The notes under the pieces were generated by a model, which was not told the origin of the DNA, made no database searches, and worked only from the letters and a program-made list of their open reading frames with translations. A program made the position numbers and the translations under genes. A DNA stretch of 64,000 bases from an uncultured Acidobacteriota bacterium (lineage in GTDB: Bacteria > Acidobacteriota > Thermoanaerobaculia > Multivoradales > UBA5704), in assembly GCA_963718645.1 (NCBI GenBank), contig OY970373.1:2855900-2919899 (forward strand). Reading direction: 5' to 3'. This document shows, piece after piece, positions 49,572 to 58,079 of the stretch (position 1 is its first letter; every line of letters begins with the position of its first letter).

Positions 49572-51477
49572 CCCCCAGGTGCTCCTGCAACGTCGCGTCC
49601 TCGGGCTCGAGGCGCGCGGCCCGTTCGAGGTAGCCGCGAGCCTGCTCCGGACGGCCGATTCGATAGTAGGCCCAGCCGAGCGAATCGACGTAGGCGCCGT
49701 TGTCGGGGTCGAGCGCCACCGCCCGGCTCACCAGCCTCACCGCCTCGTCGAGGTTGATCCCCGCCTCGGCGAAGGTATAGCCGAGGTAGTTCAGCGCGGC
49801 ATGGAAGTCGGGATCGATCGCCAGGACGCGGCGGAACTCCGCCACCGCCTTGTCGCGCTGGCCGGAGCGCTCGTAGGCCGCCCCCAGCAGGAAGCCGGTG
49901 GGCGCCTGGTCCGGGTGGGCGGCGGCGAGCTTCTCCAGCACCGGGATCGACTCCTGGTACTTCTCCAGCCGCTGGGCGGTCTGCGCCGCGAGGCTCTGCG
50001 AGCGCTCGTCGCCGGCGGCGAGGTCGCCGAGGATCTTCTCGGACTCGGCGTCGCGGCCGGCCTTGCTCAGCACCTCGGCCCGCTTGGCCAGTACCGGCGG
50101 CGTCTCCTTTTCCTTGCCGAGCAGCGCCAGCGCCTCGTCGTACCGCTTGTCTTTGGCGTAGGCGTCGGCCTGCAGCGACACCGCCTGGAGGCGGACGGCG
50201 TCGTCGGTGGCGGTGAGCAGGGGGCGCAGGGAGGATTCGACCTTGTCCCACTGCTTGCCGTCGTAGAAGACCTGGGCGGCTTCGAGGCGGGCCTCCTGGG
50301 CCTCCTTGGCCTTGCCGTCCTTCTCCAGGGCGGCGGCGAGGCGGTCGAGCAGCGCCGCCGCGTCGCCACGCCGGCCGGCGCGCTCCAGCACCCGCGCCAG
50401 GGTCAGGGTGACGCCCGGCTCCTTGGGATCGGCGTCGTGGACCTTGGTCAGCAGGGCGATGGCGTCGTCGTTGCGCCCCTGGGCGGTGTAGATCATGCCG
50501 CGCAGGAGGTTCAGGGCGGTCGCGCTCTCGGCCGGGCTCTGTCCCGGCGGCGTCCCGCCGGCGGCGCCGGCGGCACCCGCGGCACCGGCGCTGGGGATCG
50601 CCAGCGCGTCGAGCGCCTTCAGCGCGCCGTCGAGGTCGCCGTTCTGATAGAGCGCCCAGGCGAGCTGGCGCTTCAGGCGGGGATCGTCGCGCACCTCGTC
50701 GGGCGCGCCGCGCAGCGTGTCCAGCGCCGCCGCCGTCCGGCCGCTGCGGCTCTGGAGGTCGGCGAGCGTCAGCCGCGCCTCCAGCGAGGTGGGATCGAAG
50801 CCGAGGATCTCCTGCAGCGCCTTCTGCGCCTCCTCCGGCTTGTTGGCCCGCATCAGCGACTCGACCAGCAGGGCGTAGGCGGTGCGCTGCTGGGGGACGT
50901 TGTCGACCAGCTCGTGGAACACCGCGGCGGCCTTGTCCGGCTGGTTCTGATCGAGGTAGATCCGGCCCAGGGTGAGGAACGACGGCGCGTCCTGCGGATC
51001 GCGCCGGCGCACCGCCTCCAGGGCGTCGCGGGCGGTGGCCATCGCGGCGGGGTCGATGGCCGCGAGGTCGATGTAGACCTCGCCGGTGGCGCGCAGCACG
51101 TCGAGGTTGTCGGGGGCCAGCACGCGGGCGGCGGCGACCTTCTCGGCCGCCTTGCGCAGCGAATCGTCGCGCACCGGCGCGCTGCGCTCATACTGGGCCA
51201 TGCGGTCCAGGAGCTGCGCGTGCTCGACCAGCACGTAGGCGGTGTCCGGCGCCTGCGGAGCGATCTTCTCCGCAGTCTCGAAGGCGGCGAGCGCGTCGTT
51301 CACCGCTCCTTCGACGGCGAGGAGCTTGCCGAGCGCGAACTGGTAGGAGGCCGCCGGCGGCAGGGGCGCGGCGACCGGAGCGGACGCGGCGACGGTTGCT
51401 GCGGCGGTGGCGGCGGGCACGAGAGCGGGCACGAGGGACAGGCTGGCGGCGCAAACCGCAATGCTACCGAGCTTCAC
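49438..51477 (-). CDS. secreted multi-TPR repeat protein
   Basis: Signal peptide MKLGSIAVCAASLSLVPALVPAATAAA. Numerous TPR-like units, e.g. LNYLGYTFAEAGINLDEAVRLVSRAVALDPDNGAYVDSLGWAYYRIGRPEQA. Confidence 0.8.
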   Translation of the reverse strand: MKLGSIAVCAASLSLVPALVPAATAAATVAASAPVAAPLPPAASYQFALGKLLAVEGAVNDALAAFETAEKIAPQAPDTAYVLVEHAQLLDRMAQYERSAPVRDDSLRKAAEKVAAARVLAPDNLDVLRATGEVYIDLAAIDPAAMATARDALEAVRRRDPQDAPSFLTLGRIYLDQNQPDKAAAVFHELVDNVPQQRTAYALLVESLMRANKPEEAQKALQEILGFDPTSLEARLTLADLQSRSGRTAAALDTLRGAPDEVRDDPRLKRQLAWALYQNGDLDGALKALDALAIPSAGAAGAAGAAGGTPPGQSPAESATALNLLRGMIYTAQGRNDDAIALLTKVHDADPKEPGVTLTLARVLERAGRRGDAAALLDRLAAALEKDGKAKEAQEARLEAAQVFYDGKQWDKVESSLRPLLTATDDAVRLQAVSLQADAYAKDKRYDEALALLGKEKETPPVLAKRAEVLSKAGRDAESEKILGDLAAGDERSQSLAAQTAQRLEKYQESIPVLEKLAAAHPDQAPTGFLLGAAYERSGQRDKAVAEFRRVLAIDPDFHAALNYLGYTFAEAGINLDEAVRLVSRAVALDPDNGAYVDSLGWAYYRIGRPEQARGYLERAARLEPEDATLQEHLGDVYVALGQKERARQAYQRSLELGGDNADKVRRKLGDLGTASPHS

Positions 51478-51618
51478 AGCTCGCAGGATAGCAGTGCCGC
51501 TCGGCGCTTTACAAGGCTATCGACCCGCCTCTATAATGTCGCTCTTGCGCTTAAATACAGCAATCAGAATGAGTTACAGACAGCCTTTGAACCGCGTACC
51601 GATCGACCTTTGAAAAGC

Positions 51619-53136
51619 ATGGCCAAGCTCGGACAGCTCCTCGTGGCGCGCGGCTGGATCACCGTCCAGCAGCTCACCCGCGCCCTGAAAACCCAGAACG
51701 TCGGCGGCGGCCGGCTCGGCACCTGCCTGGTAGAGATGGACGCCCTCACCGAGGAGCTGCTGCTGCGCGGGCTCTCGGAGCAGCTCGGCGTCCCCTCGGC
51801 CAGCGCCGACGACCTCTACGGCGTGCCCGAGGAGGTGATCGGGCTGATCCCCGAGAAGCTCGCCCGCCGCTGCCGCGCCGTCCCCTTCCGCGTCGAGGGG
51901 GGGCGGCTCGACCTCGCCCTGATGGACCCGCGCAACCTCTCGGCGCAGGACGAGATCGCCTTCGCCTCCGGCAAGCGGGTGAAGGTCTTCGTCGCCGAGG
52001 AGGTGCGCATCCTGGAAGCCCTCGAGCGCTACTACGGCGAGGAGTGCCCCTCCCGCTTCGGGCTGGTGCTCGACCGCCTGAACCGCGCCCGCTTCCTCTG
52101 GGACAAGCCAGCGGTGGTCCCCTCCGAGCCGGCCGGCGAGCTGCTGCCGTCGGTGGACAACCCGTTCGCGCCGCGCGACAGCCCGCTGGCGCCGCCGCCG
52201 AAGATCTTCCTGCCGCCGGCCCTCCCCGAGCTGGAGCCGCCTCCGCCGCCCCCTCCCGCGCCCCGGCTTCCGGAGGTCGCGCCGGTGTTCAGCGCCGAAA
52301 CCGCCGCCGCGCTGCCGGCCAGCGCCTTCGGGCCGCTGAGCCCGCCGCCAGCCCCGGAGCCGCCGCGCGCCGAGCAGCCGACCCTGCCGATGCCGATCCC
52401 GATCTCCCCGATGCCCCCGATCGCGATCACGCGGCCGGTCCCCCCCACCCTCCCGGTGCCGGCGCTGGCCGCGGTCGCCGCGGATGCCGCAGATGCCGCG
52501 GTCGCCGCCGCGGCTCCAGCGGCAGCTCCGGCCGGGCCGCCGCCGCGCTCGCAGAGCGTGTCGCTGACGCCGGAGGAGCGGGCCGACCTCGGCGCCGTGG
52601 CCTGGATCGAGACGGCCGCCGCCGACCGCTCGCTGCCGATGCCGGCCAGCCTCGATGAGGCCGAGGCCGAGCTGGCGAAGGCGACCGACCTCGAGGAGGT
52701 GGCGCGCCTGCTCCTCGGCTTCCTCGGCCGCGACCACCGGCGGGCGGCCATCTTCCAGGTCACCCGCGAGCGGATCAACGGCTGGCGGGTGCACGGCACC
52801 GGGATCGACCGCGAGGCCTTCGCCGCCTTCTCGATCGGCTTCGACCAGCCCTCGCTCTTCCTCAACCTGCGCCACGGCCACAGCCTCTATCTCGGGCCGC
52901 TGCCGCCGATGCCTGCCCACCGCCAGCTCGCCCGCACCTGGGGGGGCGACCTGCCGCGCGACTGCGTGATGCTGCCGGTGCGCATCAAGGACCGCCTGCT
53001 GATGGTGATCTACGCCGACGGCGCGGCGCAGGGGCCGGTCGATTTGCAGGCGATGCAGCGCCTGCTCGACGCCGCCACCGCCGCCGTCGAGCGCTGCATC
53101 CTTGCCAACCGCCAGCGCGCCGGGGCTAAATCCTAG
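51619..53136 (+). CDS. T2SSE_N (MshEN-like) domain protein with a Pro-rich linker and a C-terminal domain of unknown function; candidate c-di-GMP receptor
   Basis: Two tandem MshEN-type motifs: LGQLLVARGWITVQQLTRALKTQ and LGTCLVEMDALTEELLLRGLSEQ. Start at ATG 51619; the ORF-track 49423 start is an antisense extension. Confidence 0.6.
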   Translation: MAKLGQLLVARGWITVQQLTRALKTQNVGGGRLGTCLVEMDALTEELLLRGLSEQLGVPSASADDLYGVPEEVIGLIPEKLARRCRAVPFRVEGGRLDLALMDPRNLSAQDEIAFASGKRVKVFVAEEVRILEALERYYGEECPSRFGLVLDRLNRARFLWDKPAVVPSEPAGELLPSVDNPFAPRDSPLAPPPKIFLPPALPELEPPPPPPPAPRLPEVAPVFSAETAAALPASAFGPLSPPPAPEPPRAEQPTLPMPIPISPMPPIAITRPVPPTLPVPALAAVAADAADAAVAAAAPAAAPAGPPPRSQSVSLTPEERADLGAVAWIETAAADRSLPMPASLDEAEAELAKATDLEEVARLLLGFLGRDHRRAAIFQVTRERINGWRVHGTGIDREAFAAFSIGFDQPSLFLNLRHGHSLYLGPLPPMPAHRQLARTWGGDLPRDCVMLPVRIKDRLLMVIYADGAAQGPVDLQAMQRLLDAATAAVERCILANRQRAGAKS

Positions 53137-53165
53137 TAGGATCTCGTTTTGTGGACGTCCTTCGG

Positions 53166-53195
53166 TTGACACCCGTCAAAACCCGTTGTTAGACT
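53166..53195 (+). promoter_or_regulatory. sigma70-like promoter candidate (TTGACA - 18 nt - TAGACT) upstream of the HU/IHF gene
   Basis: Hexamers read directly from the sequence; no other support. Confidence 0.3.
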
Positions 53196-53216
53196 CGCCG
53201 CCGTTTCGGAGCCGCA

Positions 53217-53483
53217 ATGATCAAGTCGGACATCGTCGACCGCGTCGCGGAAATCACGGATGTACCCCGGGTGAAGGCGGCGCAGGCCGTCGACACCATC
53301 ATCGAGGCCATGAAGGGCGCGCTGTGCGAGGGTAAGCGCATCGAGCTCCGGGGCTTCGGCGTCTTCCAGGTGCGCGACCGCAAGAAGGGCGTCGGGCGCA
53401 ATCCCAAGACCGGCGTCGAGGTCGCCATCTCCCCCGGCAAGACGGTGCGCTTCAAGCCGGGCAAGGATCTCAAGAACCTTTGA
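53217..53483 (+). CDS. HU/IHF-family DNA-binding protein
   Basis: MIKSDIVDRVAEITDVPRVKAAQAVDTIIEAMKGAL...GFGVFQVRDRKKGVGRNPKTGVEVAISPGKTVRFKPGK. Confidence 0.85.
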   Translation: MIKSDIVDRVAEITDVPRVKAAQAVDTIIEAMKGALCEGKRIELRGFGVFQVRDRKKGVGRNPKTGVEVAISPGKTVRFKPGKDLKNL

Positions 53484-54502
53484 GCCCCGACGGGCAGCCC
53501 GGGACGCCCGCTCCCTCCCCCCTCATCGAGCTGCTGCCGGCTCCGGGCCCTCCCGGCAGCTCCGGCAACGTCTTCGCGGCGGCGCCGCGGCCGCGCGGGC
53601 GCACGCTCTACGGCCGCGCCGGCGTGCTCTTCGCGCTGACCTTCCTGTGCACCACGACGCTCAGCCCGGTGATGGTGCTGGCGGGCCGGATCGGCGTCAT
53701 CACCCCGCTCGATCCGTTCCTGACCCCCACCGTCGTCGCCGCCGTCTGGCGCAGCCCGGAGCTGCTGCGGATCGGGCTCGCCTTCTCGATCCCGGCGCTG
53801 CTGATCCTGCTCTGCCATGAGATGGGGCACTACATCGCCTGCCGGATCTACCGGATCCCCTGCACGCCGCCGTTCTTCCTGCCGGTGCCGATCAACTTCG
53901 GCACCTTCGGCGCGTTCATCCGGATCAAGGCGCCGATCCGCGACAAGCGGCAGCTCTTCGACGTCGGCGTCGCCGGTCCGATCGCCGGCTTCGTGGCGCT
54001 GATCCCCTTCCTGCTCTACGGGATCGCGAACTCGCGGCCGGTGCCGCTGAGCGCCGCCGGCCACGGCATGGCCCTGCTGGTGACCGGCCGGCCCCTGGTG
54101 GTGCAGTTGGCGACGCGCCTCTTCCACGGCCCGCTCGCCGCCGGGACGGTCCTCGAGCTCCACCCCACCGCGCTCGCCGCCTGGCTCGGCCTGTTCGCCA
54201 CCGCGCTCAACCTGCTGCCGCTCGGCCAGCTCGACGGCGGCCACATCCTCTACGCCGCCGCCGGCGGCCTGCAGCGGCGGCTGGCCCTCCCCTTCTGGCT
54301 CGCCCTGGGGCTGATGGGTTATCTCTGGAAGGGGTGGCTCCTCTGGTGCGCGATCGTGCTGGTGATCGGCCTCCGGCATCCGCCGGTCTACGACGAGGAC
54401 GTGCCGCTCGACCGCAAGCGCCAGGCGCTCGCCTGGGTGGCGCTGCTGATCTTCGTGCTGACGTTCATGCCGGTGCCGATCGACTACGTGGCGGTGCGGT
54501 AG
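53480..54502 (+). CDS. M50 (site-2 protease) family membrane metalloprotease
   Basis: HEMGHYIACR (HExxH) in a TM helix, LNLLPLGQLDGGHIL downstream motif, and multiple TM segments. Confidence 0.75.
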   Translation: MSPDGQPGTPAPSPLIELLPAPGPPGSSGNVFAAAPRPRGRTLYGRAGVLFALTFLCTTTLSPVMVLAGRIGVITPLDPFLTPTVVAAVWRSPELLRIGLAFSIPALLILLCHEMGHYIACRIYRIPCTPPFFLPVPINFGTFGAFIRIKAPIRDKRQLFDVGVAGPIAGFVALIPFLLYGIANSRPVPLSAAGHGMALLVTGRPLVVQLATRLFHGPLAAGTVLELHPTALAAWLGLFATALNLLPLGQLDGGHILYAAAGGLQRRLALPFWLALGLMGYLWKGWLLWCAIVLVIGLRHPPVYDEDVPLDRKRQALAWVALLIFVLTFMPVPIDYVAVR

Positions 54503-54504
54503 GG

Positions 54505-54650
54505 CAAGGGAACACGGACACAGCGACGAACACGGACTTTCACCGACCAACACGGACACCGAAGAAAGGCCCTTTCCGCTGTCCGTGCTCGTCGGTGCAA
54601 GTCCATGTTCGTCCGTGTGTCCGTGTTCCGCGGTTCCGCGGTTCCGCGCC
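54505..54650. repeat. CACGGAC-type REP-like palindromic element, copy c (long imperfect hairpin followed by CGCGGTTCCG x2)
   Basis: gaacacggacacagcgacgaacacggac ... gtccgtgctcgtcggtgcaagtccatgttcgtccgtgtgtccgtgttcc lies between convergent genes. Confidence 0.6.
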
Positions 54651-54652
54651 TC

Positions 54653-55105
54653 CTAGAAGTCCGCCACCAGCGTCACCGGTCCGTCGTTGACCAGCTCCAC
54701 CTCCATATGGGCGCGGAAGCGGCCGGTCTCGACGGGGAAGCCGCGGGCGCGGAGGTCCTCGACCAGCGCCGCCACGAGCGGCTCGGCCTCGTCGGGAGGC
54801 GCGGCGCGGTCGAAGGAGGGCCGGCGGCCGCGCTCGATCGAGCCGGCGAGGGTGAACTGGGAGACGATGAGGAAGGCGCCGCCGACGGCGGCGCTATCCA
54901 GGTTCATCTTCCCCTCGGCGTCCTCGAAGATCCGCAGGCCGACCAGCTTGGCGGCGGCGGCGCGCACCGCCTCCGGGCGGTCGCCGCGCTCGATCCCCAC
55001 CAGGACGAGCAGGCCGCGGCCGATCTCGCCGACCGTCTCTCCCGCCACCGTTTTTCCCGCCAATCTGACCGCGGCCGAGCTCACCCTCTGTACGACGAGG
55101 CGCAT
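54653..55105 (-). CDS. dtd: D-aminoacyl-tRNA deacylase
   Basis: MRLVVQRV...IGRGLLVLVGI...RIFEDAEGKMN...VSQFTL...NDGPVT. Start at the internal ATG 55105; the ORF-track extension to 55333 is rejected. Confidence 0.85.
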   Translation of the reverse strand: MRLVVQRVSSAAVRLAGKTVAGETVGEIGRGLLVLVGIERGDRPEAVRAAAAKLVGLRIFEDAEGKMNLDSAAVGGAFLIVSQFTLAGSIERGRRPSFDRAAPPDEAEPLVAALVEDLRARGFPVETGRFRAHMEVELVNDGPVTLVADF

Positions 55106-55214
55106 TTTTGATCCTATGGGGAGGACATTTGTTCCGCCCGGCCGCTCCCTCCCCGTCCGCCCGGGCGCCGGAACGCTGTGATACCGTAACCGATTCGAGA
55201 GGAGAAACGGACGC

Positions 55215-55673
55215 ATGGTCAACAAAGTGATCCTGGTCGGCAATCTCGGCCGTGACCCCGAGGTGCGGTCGACGCCCTCGGGCCAGCCGGTCGCGACCTT
55301 CACGCTGGCCACCAGCCGCCGGTGGCGCGACAAGAGCGGTCAGAAGCAGGAGCAGACCGAGTGGCACACGGTCGTCGTCTGGGGCAAGCAGGCGGAGATC
55401 GCCGGCCAGTACCTCACCAAGGGCAAGCAGATCTACGTCGAGGGGCGCCTGCAGACGCGCTCCTGGGACGACCGGCAGACGGGCGAGAAGAAGTACAAGA
55501 CGGAGGTCGTCTGCGACAACTTCCAGATGCTCAGCGCGCGCGGCGGCGGCAGCGACTTCGAGTCGCACGGCGCTCAAGCCGGCGGCGGCCAAGCCGCGGC
55601 TCCGGCCGCCGGACCCTCCTATGACGAGGGGGGCTACGGGGGCGAGCCAGAAGAGGACGACATTCCCTTCTAG
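55215..55673 (+). CDS. ssb: single-stranded DNA-binding protein
   Basis: [18 protein letters not shown]...[14 protein letters not shown]... with a Gly/Gln-rich tail ending in DDIPF. Confidence 0.9.
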   Translation: MVNKVILVGNLGRDPEVRSTPSGQPVATFTLATSRRWRDKSGQKQEQTEWHTVVVWGKQAEIAGQYLTKGKQIYVEGRLQTRSWDDRQTGEKKYKTEVVCDNFQMLSARGGGSDFESHGAQAGGGQAAAPAAGPSYDEGGYGGEPEEDDIPF

Positions 55674-55694
55674 AGCGCTCGCGGCGGCGATCCG

Positions 55695-55830
55695 GCCTGA
55701 AGCGGCGGCGGTCCCGCCGGAGAAGGCGGACCTTCCGCCTCTGGCGGCGGCGCTCCCGCCGGAGAAGGCGAAGCTTCCGCCTCCCGCGGCGAAGCTGCCG
55801 CCGCCAGAGGCGAACGTCCCGCCTCCCGCG
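55695..55830. repeat. ~43-bp tandem direct repeat (about 2.5 copies) in the ssb-downstream intergenic region
   Basis: gcggcggcgGtcccgccggagaaggcgGaCcttccgcctcTg / gcggcggcgCtcccgccggagaaggcgAaGcttccgcctcCcg / partial third copy. Confidence 0.55.
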
Positions 55831-55916
55831 GCGGCAGCGGGATCCGCCTTGGACGGTCCGCCGCCGGCGTCCGTAGAAGGAACAGGATGCTTCCGTTCCT
55901 CGCCAGGAGACCCGCC

Positions 55917-57935
55917 ATGACCCGCCTGTCCGCCGCCCTGCTCGCCGCCGCCGTGGCCACCGCCATCGCTGCCCCGGCGGCCTCGGCCGCCACGTCCTGG
56001 ACACCGCTCGGCCCCTTCGGCGGCTCGGTCCAGACGCTCACGGTGGCCGCGAGCGATCCCCGGACGCTCTATGCCTCCCTGAACGCCGCGGGCCTCTTCC
56101 GCAGTGCCGACGGCGGGCTCACCTGGACCCCCATCCACGCCGGCACCGCTCTCAGCAACGTAGCGGTCGATCCGAGCCGGCCCGCCACGATCTATACCTA
56201 TTTCGATCCCGGCGGGCTGCAGAAGAGCACCGACGGCGGCGGTCACTGGACACCCCTGACGATCCAGGTCTCCGCGGTGACGGCGCTCGCCGTGGACCCG
56301 GCGCGCCCCACCCGCGTCTATGCCGGCACCAGCGCTCAGGGGGTGTGGCGCAGCACCGACGCCGGCGCGTCCTGGCAGCCGGCGCGCGTGAACCTGTCGC
56401 CGGGGGATGCCCGCGTGGTCTTCCAACTGGCCGTTCCCAAGGCCGGCGGCATCGTCTACGCCGCCACCGACGCGGGCGTGTTCAAGAGCACCGACGGCGC
56501 CCTCACCTGGCGCTCCGCGAGCCAGGGGCTGCCGGCGGGCACCGTTTTCGTCCTCGCCGCCGCGCCCTCGGACCCGAAGCGGGTCTACGCCAGCCTGCTC
56601 AACAGCCGGACCGTTTACCGGACCACCAACGGCGGCGCCTCCTGGCAGCGCGCGGCGCTCCTCCCTCCGGCGCCGCCGGGCGCGGGCAACCGCGACAAGG
56701 TGACCGCGCTGGCGGTCTCGCCGGGCTCTCCCGGCACCGTCTGGGCGGGCACCCTCCTGAGCGGACTCTTCCGGACCGCGGACGGCGGCGCGCACTGGAC
56801 CGGCGCGGGGCTGCCGCCGCAGGAGGCGGGGGTCCCGGCGGTCGCCGTCGCGCCCTCGTCACCGCGCACCATCTACGCGGGGGTGACGGCGGCGGGAGCC
56901 GACCTCGGCGGCGTCTTCGCCAGCGCCGACGCCGGCGCCTCCTGGAGCCGCCGCAACCAGGGGCTCGACGGCCTGGACGCGCACGCGGTGGCGGCGCCGC
57001 CGGACTCCCAGGCCGTCCTCTACGCCGGCCTCGAGAACCAGGGGCTATTCCGCAGCGGCAACCAGGGCAGGAGATGGGCGCGCGTGGCGCTCCCCGGCGC
57101 TCCGGCGAGCGGCACACCCCTCGCGGACGTCGAGATCGCCCCGTCGTCCCCCGCCACCGTCTACGCTCTCGCCCTCTCCTGGCTCTGGCGGTCCACCGAC
57201 GCCGGCGCCTCCTGGATCGAGGCCTACGCCTACCCCGACGGACCGGACCTCCAGTTCCTGCGGGTCGATCCCGCGGACCCGTTCAGGCTCTGGGGGAGCA
57301 CCGGCTTCAGCCCCTTCGGCAGCGCCGGGATCCCTCTCCTGAGGAGCACCGACGGCGGGGACACCTGGAGCATCGCGGCGGCCCCGAACCTGGGATGCGT
57401 GGTCGCCGATCTCCAGTTCGCCCCCTCCTCCCCTTCCACCCTGTACGAGGGCGGCGCGAAATCGGACAGCTTCTCCTGCCAGTCCACCCAGGCCTCCCTG
57501 TTCCGCAGCACGGACGGCGGTGCCACCTGGACCGAGGCCGATGCCGGCCTCGCCGCCCACAGCGTGACCGCGCTCGCCGTCGATCCCCTCGATCCGCAAG
57601 TCGTCTACGCCGGCACCGGCCACGACTACTTCCCGAACTCCGGGGACGGTGTCTGGAAGACCACCGACGGCGGCGCTTCCTGGAGCCGCGCCGGCGAGGC
57701 CCTGCAAGGGCGGACGATCACCGCGCTCGCCATCTCGCCCGTGGTCGGCGTGGTCTGGGCTGCCGCCGGTGGCGCGGTCTTCCGCAGCCAGGACGGCGGC
57801 GCGACCTGGAGCGACCGGACGGACGGGCTCCAGGCCGCCACGGTCTACCAGTTGCGGATCGATCCGGCGGAGCCGCAGCGGATCTACGCGGCGACCTCGG
57901 GTGGGGTCTGGGTGCTGGAGGACGACGCGCCATGA
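55917..57935 (+). CDS. secreted BNR/Asp-box repeat protein (sialidase/Ycf48-like beta-propeller)
   Basis: Signal peptide MTRLSAALLAAAVATAIAAPAASA. More than 10 repeats of S.DGG.TW / STDGGASW. Confidence 0.75.
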   Translation: MTRLSAALLAAAVATAIAAPAASAATSWTPLGPFGGSVQTLTVAASDPRTLYASLNAAGLFRSADGGLTWTPIHAGTALSNVAVDPSRPATIYTYFDPGGLQKSTDGGGHWTPLTIQVSAVTALAVDPARPTRVYAGTSAQGVWRSTDAGASWQPARVNLSPGDARVVFQLAVPKAGGIVYAATDAGVFKSTDGALTWRSASQGLPAGTVFVLAAAPSDPKRVYASLLNSRTVYRTTNGGASWQRAALLPPAPPGAGNRDKVTALAVSPGSPGTVWAGTLLSGLFRTADGGAHWTGAGLPPQEAGVPAVAVAPSSPRTIYAGVTAAGADLGGVFASADAGASWSRRNQGLDGLDAHAVAAPPDSQAVLYAGLENQGLFRSGNQGRRWARVALPGAPASGTPLADVEIAPSSPATVYALALSWLWRSTDAGASWIEAYAYPDGPDLQFLRVDPADPFRLWGSTGFSPFGSAGIPLLRSTDGGDTWSIAAAPNLGCVVADLQFAPSSPSTLYEGGAKSDSFSCQSTQASLFRSTDGGATWTEADAGLAAHSVTALAVDPLDPQVVYAGTGHDYFPNSGDGVWKTTDGGASWSRAGEALQGRTITALAISPVVGVVWAAAGGAVFRSQDGGATWSDRTDGLQAATVYQLRIDPAEPQRIYAATSGGVWVLEDDAP

Positions 57936-58079
57936 CCTTCCGGCCGCCGCGCCGTGGTAGAGTTCCGACCCTGATTTCTCTGGAGTGATTCGGCGCCGGG
58001 CGGCCGACCGCGGTCCGCCCTCCGCTTCGGTTGATTTCGAGAAGAGAGCCGGCCCTGGCGAGCAGGAGGCTCGTCGCGC

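Noticed and set aside
49423-53136. 1237-aa plus-strand ORF
   Set aside because: The first ~2.2 kb are antisense to the secreted TPR protein gene, which has a clear signal peptide and TPR repeats. Only the in-frame part from the ATG at 51619 (MshEN-domain protein) is kept.
51574-53172. 532-aa minus-strand ORF
   Set aside because: It is antisense to the MshEN-domain gene and gives a G/R-rich translation.
55106-55333. N-terminal extension of the dtd ORF
   Set aside because: Dtd homology starts at MRLVVQRV. The extension has no RBS logic and its codon usage does not look like coding.
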